NCBI GenBank assembly: GCA_963796275.1
Contig: CAWCKY010000006.1
Span: 1,280,001-1,344,000 of the forward strand
Origin: an uncultured Acidobacteriota bacterium
GTDB lineage: Bacteria; Acidobacteriota; Blastocatellia; RBC074
Direction of reading: 5' to 3'
Length of the DNA stretch: 64,000 nt
The notes beneath the pieces are model-generated. The model was not told where the DNA came from. It saw nothing but the letters and a program-made list of their open reading frames with translations, and did no database searches. Within the stretch, counting starts at the first letter, position 1, and the number at the start of each line of letters is the position of its first letter. The translations under genes and the position numbers were made by a program. Of this stretch, positions 1-8,185 are shown piece by piece.

Positions 1-270
1 ACATAGTCGGCGTGGCCCGGACAGTCAACGTGCGCGTAGTGCCGGTTCTTCGTCTCATACTCCACGTGCGCCGTCGCGATCGTGATACCTCGCGCTTTCT
101 CTTCCGGCGCCTTGTCGATCTGATCGAACGCCACGAAACTGCACCTTCGGATTGTTCTTCCCCAACACCTTCGTGATCGCTGCCGTCAACGTCGTCTTCC
201 CGTGATCCACGTGCCCGATCGTCCCGATGTTCACGTGCGGCTTACTGCGGTCGAATTTTTCCTTTGACAT
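1..270 (-). CDS. tuf: Elongation factor Tu, N-terminal part (runs off the window edge; apparent 1-nt frameshift near 131-139)
   Basis: Begins [29 protein letters not shown] (G1 P-loop). After removing one base near 135 the frame continues [43 protein letters not shown]. Lies directly downstream of the Thr/Tyr/Gly/Thr tRNAs. Confidence 0.95.
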
Positions 271-331
271 TCTTAATTGGCCTCTTCTAATAAGGATCGT
301 AACTATCTGAATACCTGCTAACTGACAATAC

Positions 332-406
332 TGGAGCCCGCGATGAGATTTGAACTCATGACCTCCTCCTTACCAAGGAGGCGCTCTACCCCTGAGCTAC
401 GCGGGC
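332..406 (-). tRNA. tRNA-Thr(GGT)
   Basis: Reverse complement GCCCGCGTAGCTCAGGGGTAGAGCGCCTCCTTGGTAAGGAGGAGGTCATGAGTTCAAATCTCATCGCGGGCTCCA forms a cloverleaf with anticodon GGT and encoded CCA. Confidence 0.97.
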
Positions 407-460
407 CGTAGCGAAGCTGACGGCTCAATCTCAAGCGCAAACTCATTTGCCTACTAAATC

Positions 461-536
461 TGGAGCGGGCGACGAGATTCGAACTCGCGACCCTCAGCTT
501 GGAAGGCTGATGCTCTACCAACTGAGCTACACCCGC
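461..536 (-). tRNA. tRNA-Gly(TCC)
   Basis: Reverse complement GCGGGTGTAGCTCAGTTGGTAGAGCATCAGCCTTCCAAGCTGAGGGTCGCGAGTTCGAATCTCGTCGCCCGCTCCA; anticodon TCC, CCA end. Confidence 0.97.
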
Positions 537-544
537 CCATTCAA

Positions 545-625
545 ATTGCGGATTGCGAATTGCGGATTGATGAAATTCGCTGCATCCGCTATCAAATCCG
601 CAATCCGCATTCCGAAATCCGCAAT
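545..625. repeat. Heptamer-repeat inverted-repeat hairpin between tRNA-Tyr and tRNA-Gly
   Basis: Left arm ATTGCGG ATTGCGA ATTGCGG ATTGAT; right arm ATCAAATCCGCAATCCGCATTCCGAAATCCGCAAT. Confidence 0.85.
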
Positions 626-630
626 CCACC

Positions 631-718
631 TGGTGCAGGGGGTAGGATTCGAACCTACGTAAGGCGTTAGCCTGCCGGGTTTACAGCCCGGTGCCATTAA
701 CCACTCGACCACCCCTGC
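631..718 (-). tRNA. tRNA-Tyr(GTA)
   Basis: Reverse complement GCAGGGGTGGTCGAGTGGTTAATGGCACCGGGCTGTAAACCCGGCAGGCTAACGCCTTACGTAGGTTCGAATCCTACCCCCTGCACCA; anticodon GTA, long variable arm, CCA end. Confidence 0.97.
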
Positions 719-738
719 ATATCCTGTCAAGTGCTTAG

Positions 739-814
739 TGGAGCCGGCGAAGGGACTTGAACCCCCGACCCTCTGATTACAAATCAGATGCTCTACCAAC
801 TGAGCTACGCCGGC
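739..814 (-). tRNA. tRNA-Thr(TGT)
   Basis: Reverse complement GCCGGCGTAGCTCAGTTGGTAGAGCATCTGATTTGTAATCAGAGGGTCGGGGGTTCAAGTCCCTTCGCCGGCTCCA; anticodon TGT. Confidence 0.97.
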
Positions 815-857
815 ATAGTCAATTTGGGCTTAAATGACCAACGCCGTCAAAACTTGC

Positions 858-886
858 ATACTACATAGAGGTTCCAATGTTTGCAA
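858..886 (-). promoter_or_regulatory. Sigma70-type promoter of the tRNA-tuf operon
   Basis: Minus strand TTGCAA-N17-TAGTAT, about 45 nt upstream of tRNA-Thr(TGT). Confidence 0.65.
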
Positions 887-1095
887 GTCTAAAACCGCAT
901 TTAGTAATCATAAAATGCGTTTGCTGGTATGAAAGTTGTACGCTCGTCTCAACCGACATGGCGGGGCCGAAAAATCCCAACATTATCTCGCCGATACATT
1001 TTTCCGATCGCGTCACGTATGCATGCCGGATTCCATCTATAACAGGTGAATTTGAGGCGCCGTATAGAATGCGTCCGGTAGGATTGGTTAAGATG

Positions 1096-1139
1096 CGTAG
1101 GGACGGAAGGCAAACCGAAAGAACCCATCCATCCCTACG
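1096..1139. repeat. GTAG-type REP-like hairpin
   Basis: CGTAGGGACGGAAGG ... CCATCCATCCCTACG imperfect inverted repeat. Confidence 0.45.
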
Positions 1140-1481
1140 GCTTCACCAACCAACGGAAAGGCAAAAGCGTCGGCGGATGCAGCCGGATTATGCTTCTTAT
1201 TGCTTTCATCATCAAGCCATTTTGACTCTGCCATCCTCTCGAAACAATCGTATCAGAAAATATAAACGTCAAATGTTCGGGCGACGATAAGAATCTGCCG
1301 CTTTTATCTTTTTTGCCTTTTGGAGCCCTCATCGCATATCGAGATAACCTGACCGGGAAAAATTCTCATGCGAGTTCGGATTTTTTTGCAGATACATTTT
1401 CCTGATGATGTCACATATAAACGAATAACTTTAGCAGAAACCCTCAGCAACGAGTCACTAGTAAGAGTACTGGACAAAGAC

Positions 1482-1526
1482 AAACGAGAAGGCAGGTTGG
1501 ATCTAATCCAGCCTGCCTTCTTGTTT
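1482..1526 (-). terminator. Intrinsic terminator downstream of nrdR
   Basis: Stem of about 21 bp (AAACAAGAAGGCAGGCTGGAT / ATCCAACCTGCCTTCTCGTTT) followed by GTCTTTGT on the minus strand, about 13 nt after the nrdR stop. Confidence 0.7.
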
Positions 1527-1539
1527 GGTCAAGCCCCCT

Positions 1540-1998
1540 TTACTTCCGCGAACGGATTAGACCTTTCAGTTCGTCCATAAATTCCGAGACGTCTTGAAAT
1601 TCCAGATAGACAGAAGCGAAGCGGACATAGGCGACCTTATCGAGCTCTTTCAATCGCCGCATGATTATCTCACCGATCTTCGATGTCGGGCGTTCGCGTT
1701 CGGGCGACGTCTGCACGTAGGATTCGACTGCATTGACGATTGCTTCCAGTTTGGCGGTAGAAACCGGGCGTTTTTCACATGCTCGTAGGAGCCCGGCCAT
1801 GACCTTGTCGCGGTTGAAAGGTTCTCGTCTTCCGTCCTTTTTTACGATCATATAAGGGATATCGTCGATCCTTTCATAACTGGTAAATCGCCGTTCGCAC
1901 TTCAGACACTCGCGGCGCCGCCGAATTGAATCGCCTTCGCGTGATTCGCGTGAATCCACCACTTTATCTTCCATATGGCCACAGAAAGGGCATTTCAT
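1540..1998 (-). CDS. nrdR: Transcriptional repressor NrdR
   Basis: MKCPFCGH...DSRE...[18 protein letters not shown] zinc ribbon, ATP-cone ([10 protein letters not shown]), and C-terminal [10 protein letters not shown]. Confidence 0.97.
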   Translation of the reverse strand: MKCPFCGHMEDKVVDSRESREGDSIRRRRECLKCERRFTSYERIDDIPYMIVKKDGRREPFNRDKVMAGLLRACEKRPVSTAKLEAIVNAVESYVQTSPERERPTSKIGEIIMRRLKELDKVAYVRFASVYLEFQDVSEFMDELKGLIRSRK

Positions 1999-2019
1999 CG
2001 GATATGTCCTCCAAAAAAC

Positions 2020-3066
2020 TCAAGAGACCGGCTTTTTCATATTAACTGCCTCACCCTCACTGGCTATCATTTCGCGCACCTGTTCGAGGCTGATATCGGC
2101 TCGGGCCAGATAATAGAGCGCCAATATGAATGGTGGGCCGAATGCTATGAGGTGATAGACGATGGCGATGCTTGCGGCGAGGTTGGGTTCGAGCCCTAAA
2201 AACTCGAAGGCTTTTGCCGCCGCCGCGTGAAAAGCTCCCGCGGATCCGCCCGGCGTGGGCACCAGTGAACCGATGAGGCCGAAACCCAGGGTAAAGATGA
2301 TCTGGCCCGGCGAGAAATTTATTCCGAACGCGTAAAGAGTCAGCCAGGTAGCCGCTGAGACCAGGGACCAGACGCACGCCGTGTAAAAAATCGTAACTGC
2401 CAGCTTGCGCAGGTTAAGCAGTACCGAAAGGCCATCGGCCAGGTGGGAGACGAAGTTCAGGAGCGGTTGTGTGAGTTTTTGGGATCGACGACCTGTTACT
2501 CGCCTCAGCCACTCGATGATCAACTCCGCTTTTAAACGCAACAACACCAGAATCGCTAAGCCCGACAAAAGGATAGCTGTGAGAACCAGCCCAACTGTGC
2601 GGGTCCCGCCGATGCCCGCCCAACTCGCGGCTCGCTCGGCGGGCAGGCGGAAGAAGAGCAGATTTACCGAGAAAAGCAGGCCGATGGTGGCGCTGTCGTA
2701 GATTCTTTCGACCAGAATCGTCGCGATGGTCGCGCTCGGCCGCAACCTCTCTCGCAGGCTGAGAAATGTCGGTCTGATGATCTCCGATCCGGCCCGCCCG
2801 ATGACGAATAGCCCGCCGAAACCAATGACGGTCGCTGCAAATAAATTTCGGAGACCGACCGGCTTAATAGGCGCGAGGAATGCCTGCCAGCGCAGGCTTC
2901 TGGCTACCATTGTGATATTGATCAAGATTGCGGCCAGAACCAGTGGCCAGATTTTTGCGCTCAGTAAATATATCTTTACGCTATTCCAGTCCAGGCGACT
3001 GACGAACCAGTAGGCTAATCCCAGACCTAATCCCAGGATTATGATCGATTTGAATTTCTTGGTCAT
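2020..3066 (-). CDS. Lysylphosphatidylglycerol-synthase TM / flippase-like (UPF0104) integral membrane protein
   Basis: About 8 hydrophobic helices; family motifs RSLRW, GRAGSEIIRP, ERIYD and PTPGGSAG. Confidence 0.8.
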   Translation of the reverse strand: MTKKFKSIIILGLGLGLAYWFVSRLDWNSVKIYLLSAKIWPLVLAAILINITMVARSLRWQAFLAPIKPVGLRNLFAATVIGFGGLFVIGRAGSEIIRPTFLSLRERLRPSATIATILVERIYDSATIGLLFSVNLLFFRLPAERAASWAGIGGTRTVGLVLTAILLSGLAILVLLRLKAELIIEWLRRVTGRRSQKLTQPLLNFVSHLADGLSVLLNLRKLAVTIFYTACVWSLVSAATWLTLYAFGINFSPGQIIFTLGFGLIGSLVPTPGGSAGAFHAAAAKAFEFLGLEPNLAASIAIVYHLIAFGPPFILALYYLARADISLEQVREMIASEGEAVNMKKPVS

Positions 3067-3125
3067 TGCTTGGCGTCATATATCGCTGCATTTAAATAAA
3101 AGTTGGGTATAAATAAAGTTCACCA

Positions 3126-3189
3126 CCACAAGATATGGTAGTGAAACGCCAAGCTACAACAAATATTGCTGTGACGCAAGATATGAATT
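3126..3189 (-). promoter_or_regulatory. Tandem NrdR boxes overlapping a sigma70 promoter of the flippase-like gene and nrdR unit
   Basis: ccaCAAGATATGGtag (3126-3141), acaacaaatattgctg (3156-3171) and acgCAAGATATGAatt (3174-3189) resemble the NrdR consensus acaCwAtATaTwGtgt. Minus-strand TTGCGT-N17-TAGCTT at 3179-3151. Confidence 0.6.
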
Positions 3190-3427
3190 TAAAGTGTCTA
3201 AATAACGGGGAAACGGCTGATTTCGGAAGTGCATTTATACGGTTATTTGGCAGCACGCCCAACAAACGGCCGCCACGGTGCTGGAAATCTCTCCCCCAGA
3301 TTTTTTGATATCACGGCTGATTTAAGCGTCACCACGCAACCCGGCGGTACATTCAGTGCGAGACGACTATAAAATCATGATCGCCCCGGATCAACGCCTC
3401 TGATCTAGCTCTGGATATATCAGCTTC

Positions 3428-4537
3428 TCAGCCGAAAATATCTTTGACTTTATTCCCGAATCGCCGAGCAGCGCCTTCTTGTTGTTCTTCTTCAATATCA
3501 GCGAACTGCTCCAGCAGGCGTTTCTGTTCTCGCGTCAATTTTGTTGGTGTGACGATGGTGGTCACGACGAAGAGATCGCCCCGCCCCTGCCCTTGAAGCG
3601 ATACGATACCTTTCCCTTTAATTCTGAAGATCGATCCTGTCTGTGTGCTCTCTGGAATCGTGAGCATCTCCTCTCCATCGAGAGTCGGGACCTTGATCTC
3701 CGCGCCGAGCGCGGCTTGCGGGAAAGTGACCAGTACATTTACATAGAGATTATTACCCTGGCGTTCAAATACCTCGTGCTCTTTTACGTGGATAACGACG
3801 TAGAGGTCGCCCTTACCGCCACCGCTCATGCCAGCCTCGCCCTCTCCGGCAAGCTTCAAACGAGCGCCGGTATCGACACCGGCGGGGATTTTGATCTCGA
3901 TCTGGTTGGTTTTTTCAACCCGGCCCTGTCCGCCGCAGGATTTGCAATAACTCGTGATCATCCGGCCCGTGCCACGGCATTGATGACAGGTGCGGCTGAC
4001 TGAGAAGAATCCCTGCTGAAACCTGACCTGTCCGGCTCCTCCGCATGTGTTACAGACTATCGGTGTTGTCCCGGGAGCTGCGCCTGAGCCTTTGCACGTT
4101 TCACAGGGCTCGAGACGCGGTATATTGATATTCGTTTTGTATCCGGAAGCCGCTTGCTCGAGCGTAATCTCGAGATCGTAGCGTAAGTCTGCGCCGCGCT
4201 GCGAACCGCCGCGGCGCGCGCCTCGCCCACCTCCGAAAAAGTCGCCGAAGAGATCGCCGAGGATATCTTCAAAGCCGCCGAAATCAGACGCACCCCACGC
4301 TCCTCCCGAAGAACCGACCCCGGCATGCCCGTAACGGTCATAACGCGCCCGGTTATCAGAGTTTGACAATACGCCGTATGCTTCATTGATCTCTTTGAAT
4401 TTCTCTTCCGATTCGTGATCCCCCGGATTTCGGTCCGGATGGAATTGCAACGCCAATTTACGGTATGCGCTCTTCAATTCCTGCTCAGTAGCAGTTCGCT
4501 GAACGCCAAGAACCTCGTAATAGTCACGTTTGCTCAA
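3428..4537 (-). CDS. dnaJ: Molecular chaperone DnaJ
   Basis: J domain with HPD, a G/F-rich linker, four CxxCxGxG zinc-finger repeats and the C-terminal domain; TTG start. Confidence 0.97.
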   Translation of the reverse strand: MSKRDYYEVLGVQRTATEQELKSAYRKLALQFHPDRNPGDHESEEKFKEINEAYGVLSNSDNRARYDRYGHAGVGSSGGAWGASDFGGFEDILGDLFGDFFGGGRGARRGGSQRGADLRYDLEITLEQAASGYKTNINIPRLEPCETCKGSGAAPGTTPIVCNTCGGAGQVRFQQGFFSVSRTCHQCRGTGRMITSYCKSCGGQGRVEKTNQIEIKIPAGVDTGARLKLAGEGEAGMSGGGKGDLYVVIHVKEHEVFERQGNNLYVNVLVTFPQAALGAEIKVPTLDGEEMLTIPESTQTGSIFRIKGKGIVSLQGQGRGDLFVVTTIVTPTKLTREQKRLLEQFADIEEEQQEGAARRFGNKVKDIFG

Positions 4538-4618
4538 CGCTTATCTATGCCTCGCTTCCTGATATCGAATTAAAGTCGTGTCGAATTACATAGAGGCGGT
4601 ACAAAAATTTGGACCGAG

Positions 4619-4717
4619 AGACACAGAGCAGTACAGGGAGCGAGCTATCTGAGCTTTTATATAACGATCGGTTTCCAATACTCAGCTCGCTTACGTTCCC
4701 CGTACTGCTCTGTGTCT
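4619..4717. repeat. REP-like palindrome (CAGTA...GCGTAAGCGA family)
   Basis: Terminal arms AGACACAGAGCAGTAC / GTACTGCTCTGTGTCT. The internal CAGCTCGCTTACGTTCCCCGTACTG resembles CAGGTCGCTTACGCTCCCGCTACTG at about 61873. Confidence 0.7.
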
Positions 4718-4778
4718 GATGTGGCTTACCTTGCCTTTACTCGATCTGCCTGATGTTCCCGCGGCTTATCTTGCAATC

Positions 4779-5861
4779 TCACCCGGCCGCTCCGGCCGGC
4801 GCGTCCGCCAGCGCCTTCTCTAGCAGGCGCGCCATATAATTGACAACGCCAATCGTGCGACCATACTCCATCCTGACCGGGCCGACGATGCCGAGGTTTC
4901 CGATGACCCGATCACCACAACTGTAATAAGAGGTTATCACCGCACAGCCATGCAGGCTGGGCAGGCTGTTTTCCGCGCCGATTCGGATGGTCACCGTGTG
5001 AAGGGTTTCCGGGTTCACACACTCGTTGAGTATTTTGATGAGCCGGCCCTTCTCCTCGAAGATATGCAGGAGTTCACGCATTCGCTCGGTATCGGCGAAA
5101 TCCGTTTTGGTAACTATATTCGACGCGCCTTCGACGAAGACATCAGGATCGGTTTGATCGGTGTCGCTCAGCCCACGGTCGCAAAGCATCGCCGCATTCT
5201 GAAGCAGGCGATTATAAAGCGATTTTTCCTCCGAGAGCCGTTTGAGCAGCTCCCCGCGTATCTCCAAAAGGCTCAAGCCGCTGAAGTTCGCATTGACATA
5301 ATTTGCCGTACTATTCAGATCATCCTGCGTCATATCTTCGTCGATCCTCACCAATCGGTCCTGCACGATTCCACTGCGCGAAACAGTGATCACCAGAATG
5401 CGCCCGTCGCTGAGCCGCACAAAATCGATATGCTTGATGATGTCGTACGCGATGTTGGGTGAGATGACGATGCCGACGCTTTCCGAGAAGCGGGAGAGCA
5501 GGTGAGATGCCCGTGACATCAGCTGATCGGTGCTCGGCCATTGCGCCCCGAACATCCCGAATTGTATGAAATATTCGTCCGACTCGGAGAGACCGGGTTG
5601 TCCCAGGATATGGTCGACATAGAAACGGTATCCCTTGTCACTGGGGACGCGACCGGCAGAAGTATAGGGTTGTTCGAGATAGCCCGCATCTTCCAGATCC
5701 GCGAAGATGTTGCGAACGGTGGCTGCCGAGAGACCCTCGCTTGTGTGCTTGGAGATCGCGCGAGATCCGACCGGCTCGCCGGTGGCGATGTGCGTCTTTA
5801 TCAGCAGCGACAGCATCTCTTGGCTGCGCTCATCCAGTATCTCCGTGCTCCTCTTGATCAT
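4779..5861 (-). CDS. hrcA: Heat-inducible transcription repressor HrcA
   Basis: EPVGSRAI, SAATVRN, LEQPYTSAGRVPSDKGYRFYVD and GIVGPVRMEY motifs; probable start ATG 5861 (MIKRS). Confidence 0.95.
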   Translation of the reverse strand: MIKRSTEILDERSQEMLSLLIKTHIATGEPVGSRAISKHTSEGLSAATVRNIFADLEDAGYLEQPYTSAGRVPSDKGYRFYVDHILGQPGLSESDEYFIQFGMFGAQWPSTDQLMSRASHLLSRFSESVGIVISPNIAYDIIKHIDFVRLSDGRILVITVSRSGIVQDRLVRIDEDMTQDDLNSTANYVNANFSGLSLLEIRGELLKRLSEEKSLYNRLLQNAAMLCDRGLSDTDQTDPDVFVEGASNIVTKTDFADTERMRELLHIFEEKGRLIKILNECVNPETLHTVTIRIGAENSLPSLHGCAVITSYYSCGDRVIGNLGIVGPVRMEYGRTIGVVNYMARLLEKALADAPAGAAG

Positions 5862-5959
5862 CCTTAAAATCGAATAAATCGAAATCGGTCTGGAGGCGAA
5901 CCTTACGATCCGCACTAGAGTAAGGTGGACGGCCTAATCTAACCTGAACTTCAATAACG

Positions 5960-5989
5960 AAATTACCAAAGAGATAGAAAGAGTGTCAA
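5960..5989 (-). promoter_or_regulatory. hrcA promoter with an overlapping degenerate CIRCE element
   Basis: Minus strand TTGACA-N18-TAATTT. Bases 5963-5989 read TTACCAAAG-N9-GAGTGTCAA versus the CIRCE consensus TTAGCACTC-N9-GAGTGCTAA. Confidence 0.55.
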
Positions 5990-6013
5990 GCCAGCTGATC
6001 TCCGAGGCAGCTT

Positions 6014-6376
6014 TCATGCGACCTTCTCGAGAATCGAGGCGATGTCACGATCAAAAGCAGAACGCGCGAGCACGCGATCGCACCCCGCTTCCCGAGCCTG
6101 TTCCTGAATTCCCGTGTTGACGTGGGAGACGAAACCGAGAGTTGGAATCGATCTCATTTCTTCATCGCCCTTCAATCCTTTGATTAAATCCAGCGGTGAA
6201 CATTTGGCTTCATCCAGATCGATAATTATTAATAATGGATGATCATTTCGAGCAAGCTCCAATGCCTTATCGGCTCTCTTGACATAAACAGCCTTTAAAC
6301 CCGATTTTGCCGCAGCCTGATTTATCTTGGCCGCAAAAAAGAGATTGTCCAGAAGCACCAATATCATAAATTTCAC
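6014..6376 (-). CDS. Single-domain atypical response-regulator receiver protein
   Basis: REC-like pattern ILVLLDN...PLLIIIDLD...IPTLGFVSH...AREAGCDRVLARS; the conserved Lys is replaced by Arg. Confidence 0.75.
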   Translation of the reverse strand: MKFMILVLLDNLFFAAKINQAAAKSGLKAVYVKRADKALELARNDHPLLIIIDLDEAKCSPLDLIKGLKGDEEMRSIPTLGFVSHVNTGIQEQAREAGCDRVLARSAFDRDIASILEKVA

Positions 6377-6519
6377 CTTTGAGATTTTTCAGGGAACGCG
6401 CGTCCGGCGGCGCGATTCGTCAACCGAAAGACATTCAGATGACATTCTCCGAAAACCCGGAATCCCGACGCGCGCCCTCCTCTTCTAAACACTGCTGGGC
6501 GGCGCCCGCGCTCCCAATC

Positions 6520-6554
6520 TTGCAAGGGCAAAGAGATTGTACTAATATTCTCAA
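6520..6554 (+). promoter_or_regulatory. nuo operon promoter with a candidate Rex operator
   Basis: TTGCAA-N17-TAATAT (6520-6548). TTGTACTAATATTCTCAA (6537-6554) matches 10 of 14 specified positions of TTGTGAA-N4-TTCACAA. Confidence 0.5.
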
Positions 6555-6689
6555 TCTTGATACAAGATCGTTAAGAAACACACCAATTCGATCGATAGGC
6601 TCGAGCTTCGCTGATCCAACCGCTGAGATCGAAAGCCAGGCGGGAGCGAAATGTCAATCGAATGTTAAAGTTAGGATAAGGAGACGTGG

Positions 6690-7064
6690 ATGAGTGAGTA
6701 TCTGCCAATCCTCTTGATGTTCATCTTTATCACGGGGTTCGCGGTGACCAACATCATACTTGCCTACATTATCGGCAAGCATAAGAACACGCGCGCCAAG
6801 CTGATGCCCTACGAGTGCGGGATGGATCCGGTTGGTTCGACGCGCCAGCGTTTTTCGGTCAAGTTCTATCTGGTTGCGATGCTCTTTATACTCTTCGATA
6901 TCGAAGCTATCTTCCTCGTTCCGTGGGCCGTGGTCTTCCGGGAAATGATTAACAAAATTTCCCGTCCATTCGTCTTTTTTGAAATGATGATCTTTATTGC
7001 GGTGCTTCTGGTAGGTTACATCTACGTCTGGAAGAAAGGAATATTCGAGTGGAGCCGAAATTAG
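6690..7064 (+). CDS. nuoA: NADH-quinone oxidoreductase subunit A
   Basis: PYECGMDP, FYLVAMLFILFDIEAIFL and WKKGIFEW motifs; RBS AGGAG. Confidence 0.97.
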   Translation: MSEYLPILLMFIFITGFAVTNIILAYIIGKHKNTRAKLMPYECGMDPVGSTRQRFSVKFYLVAMLFILFDIEAIFLVPWAVVFREMINKISRPFVFFEMMIFIAVLLVGYIYVWKKGIFEWSRN

Positions 7065-7150
7065 TTTTCAGTATTTAGTTTTCAGTTTTCAGCCGTATGG
7101 GCTTGATAAAACTGAAAACTAAATACTGAAAACTAAAAACTGAAAACTGA
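7062..7150. repeat. Heptamer (GTTTTCA) inverted-repeat hairpin filling the nuoA-nuoB gap
   Basis: Perfect 28-bp stem: 7062-7089 TAGTTTTCAGTATTTAGTTTTCAGTTTT with 7108-7135 AAAACTGAAAACTAAATACTGAAAACTA. Confidence 0.9.
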
Positions 7151-7151
7151 T

Positions 7152-7649
7152 ATGGGTATTGAGACTAAAATTGGTGAAATACTGCCGGACATTCTAACGA
7201 CGCGGCTGGATTCCCTGGTCAATTGGGCCAGGAAATCATCGATCTGGCCCGCGACATTCGGTCTGGCCTGCTGTGCCATCGAGATGATGGCGATGACCGA
7301 TCCTCGGCACGATGTGGCTCGCTTTGGGGCGGAGGTCTTTCGCGCCAGCCCGCGCCAGGCTGATGTGATGATCGTCGCCGGCCGCGTATCGATCAAGATG
7401 GCGCCCGTCTTGCGCCGCATTTATGACCAGATGCCGGAACCGAAATGGGTGATCTCGATGGGGGTATGCGCATCGGCCGGCGGCGTGTTCAACAATTACG
7501 CCATCGTCCAGGGTGTAGACAAAGTCGTGCCTGTCGATGTCTTCGTGCCCGGCTGTCCGCCGCGTCCGGAAGGGCTGATCTGGGCGATCATGAAGCTCCA
7601 GGAGAAAATTGAACGCGAAAAGGTCTTCACGGTAGAGAAAGTCGCATGA
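7152..7649 (+). CDS. nuoB: NADH-quinone oxidoreductase subunit B
   Basis: [10 protein letters not shown] (cluster N2 ligands), ASPRQAD and VPGCPPRPE. Confidence 0.97.
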   Translation: MGIETKIGEILPDILTTRLDSLVNWARKSSIWPATFGLACCAIEMMAMTDPRHDVARFGAEVFRASPRQADVMIVAGRVSIKMAPVLRRIYDQMPEPKWVISMGVCASAGGVFNNYAIVQGVDKVVPVDVFVPGCPPRPEGLIWAIMKLQEKIEREKVFTVEKVA

Positions 7650-7684
7650 ACAATTCCAATGAAAGATCTTGACCTTTGAATTCA

Positions 7685-8185
7685 ATGCCGGAAACTATAG
7701 AAAAGACGCAAGGCGTCAAATCGATTCCTCGCTACACAGATGTCTCTTTAATCCGCCGTCAATTTGCCGAAAACATTCAAGAGATCATCGAAGCCGCCGG
7801 TGAGATCACGGTCGTCGCCAGACGCGAAGGCCTGGTTGAACTGATGACCTTTCTCCGCGATGAACCCACGCTGCGCTTCAACTACCTGAGCGACATCGGC
7901 GGTCTGGATCTGGGCGAGTTCGCAGCGCCGCGGTTCGCCGTCGCCTATCAGCTCTATTCGCTGGAGTACAACCATCGCCTGCGCATCAAGGTCTTCCTTG
8001 ATGAAGACGATGCGCGCTTGCCGACGATGTGGGGCGTGTGGAAGGCATCGAACTGGCTGGAGCGCGAGATATACGACATGTTCGGCGTGACATTCGATGG
8101 CCATCCCGATCTGCGTCGCATCCTGATGCCGGCCGATTATGAAGGCCACCCGTTACGCAAGGACTTTCCGATCAAGGGATATTAA
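7685..8185 (+). CDS. nuoC: NADH-quinone oxidoreductase subunit C
   Basis: WLEREIYDMFGVTFDGHPDLRRILMP...GHPLRKDFP; start ATG 7685 or TTG 7676. Confidence 0.95.
   Translation: MPETIEKTQGVKSIPRYTDVSLIRRQFAENIQEIIEAAGEITVVARREGLVELMTFLRDEPTLRFNYLSDIGGLDLGEFAAPRFAVAYQLYSLEYNHRLRIKVFLDEDDARLPTMWGVWKASNWLEREIYDMFGVTFDGHPDLRRILMPADYEGHPLRKDFPIKGY

Noticed and set aside
318-799. ORFs 318-629, 447-662 and 527-799
   Set aside because: They overlap four clear tRNA genes.
877-1580. ORFs 877-1290, 1135-1332 and 1368-1580
   Set aside because: No recognisable motifs or RBS; they overlap the tRNA promoter, hairpins or the nrdR terminator.
6379-6693. 104-aa ORF upstream of nuoA
   Set aside because: It spans the predicted nuo promoter, starts with TTG without an RBS and has no family features.
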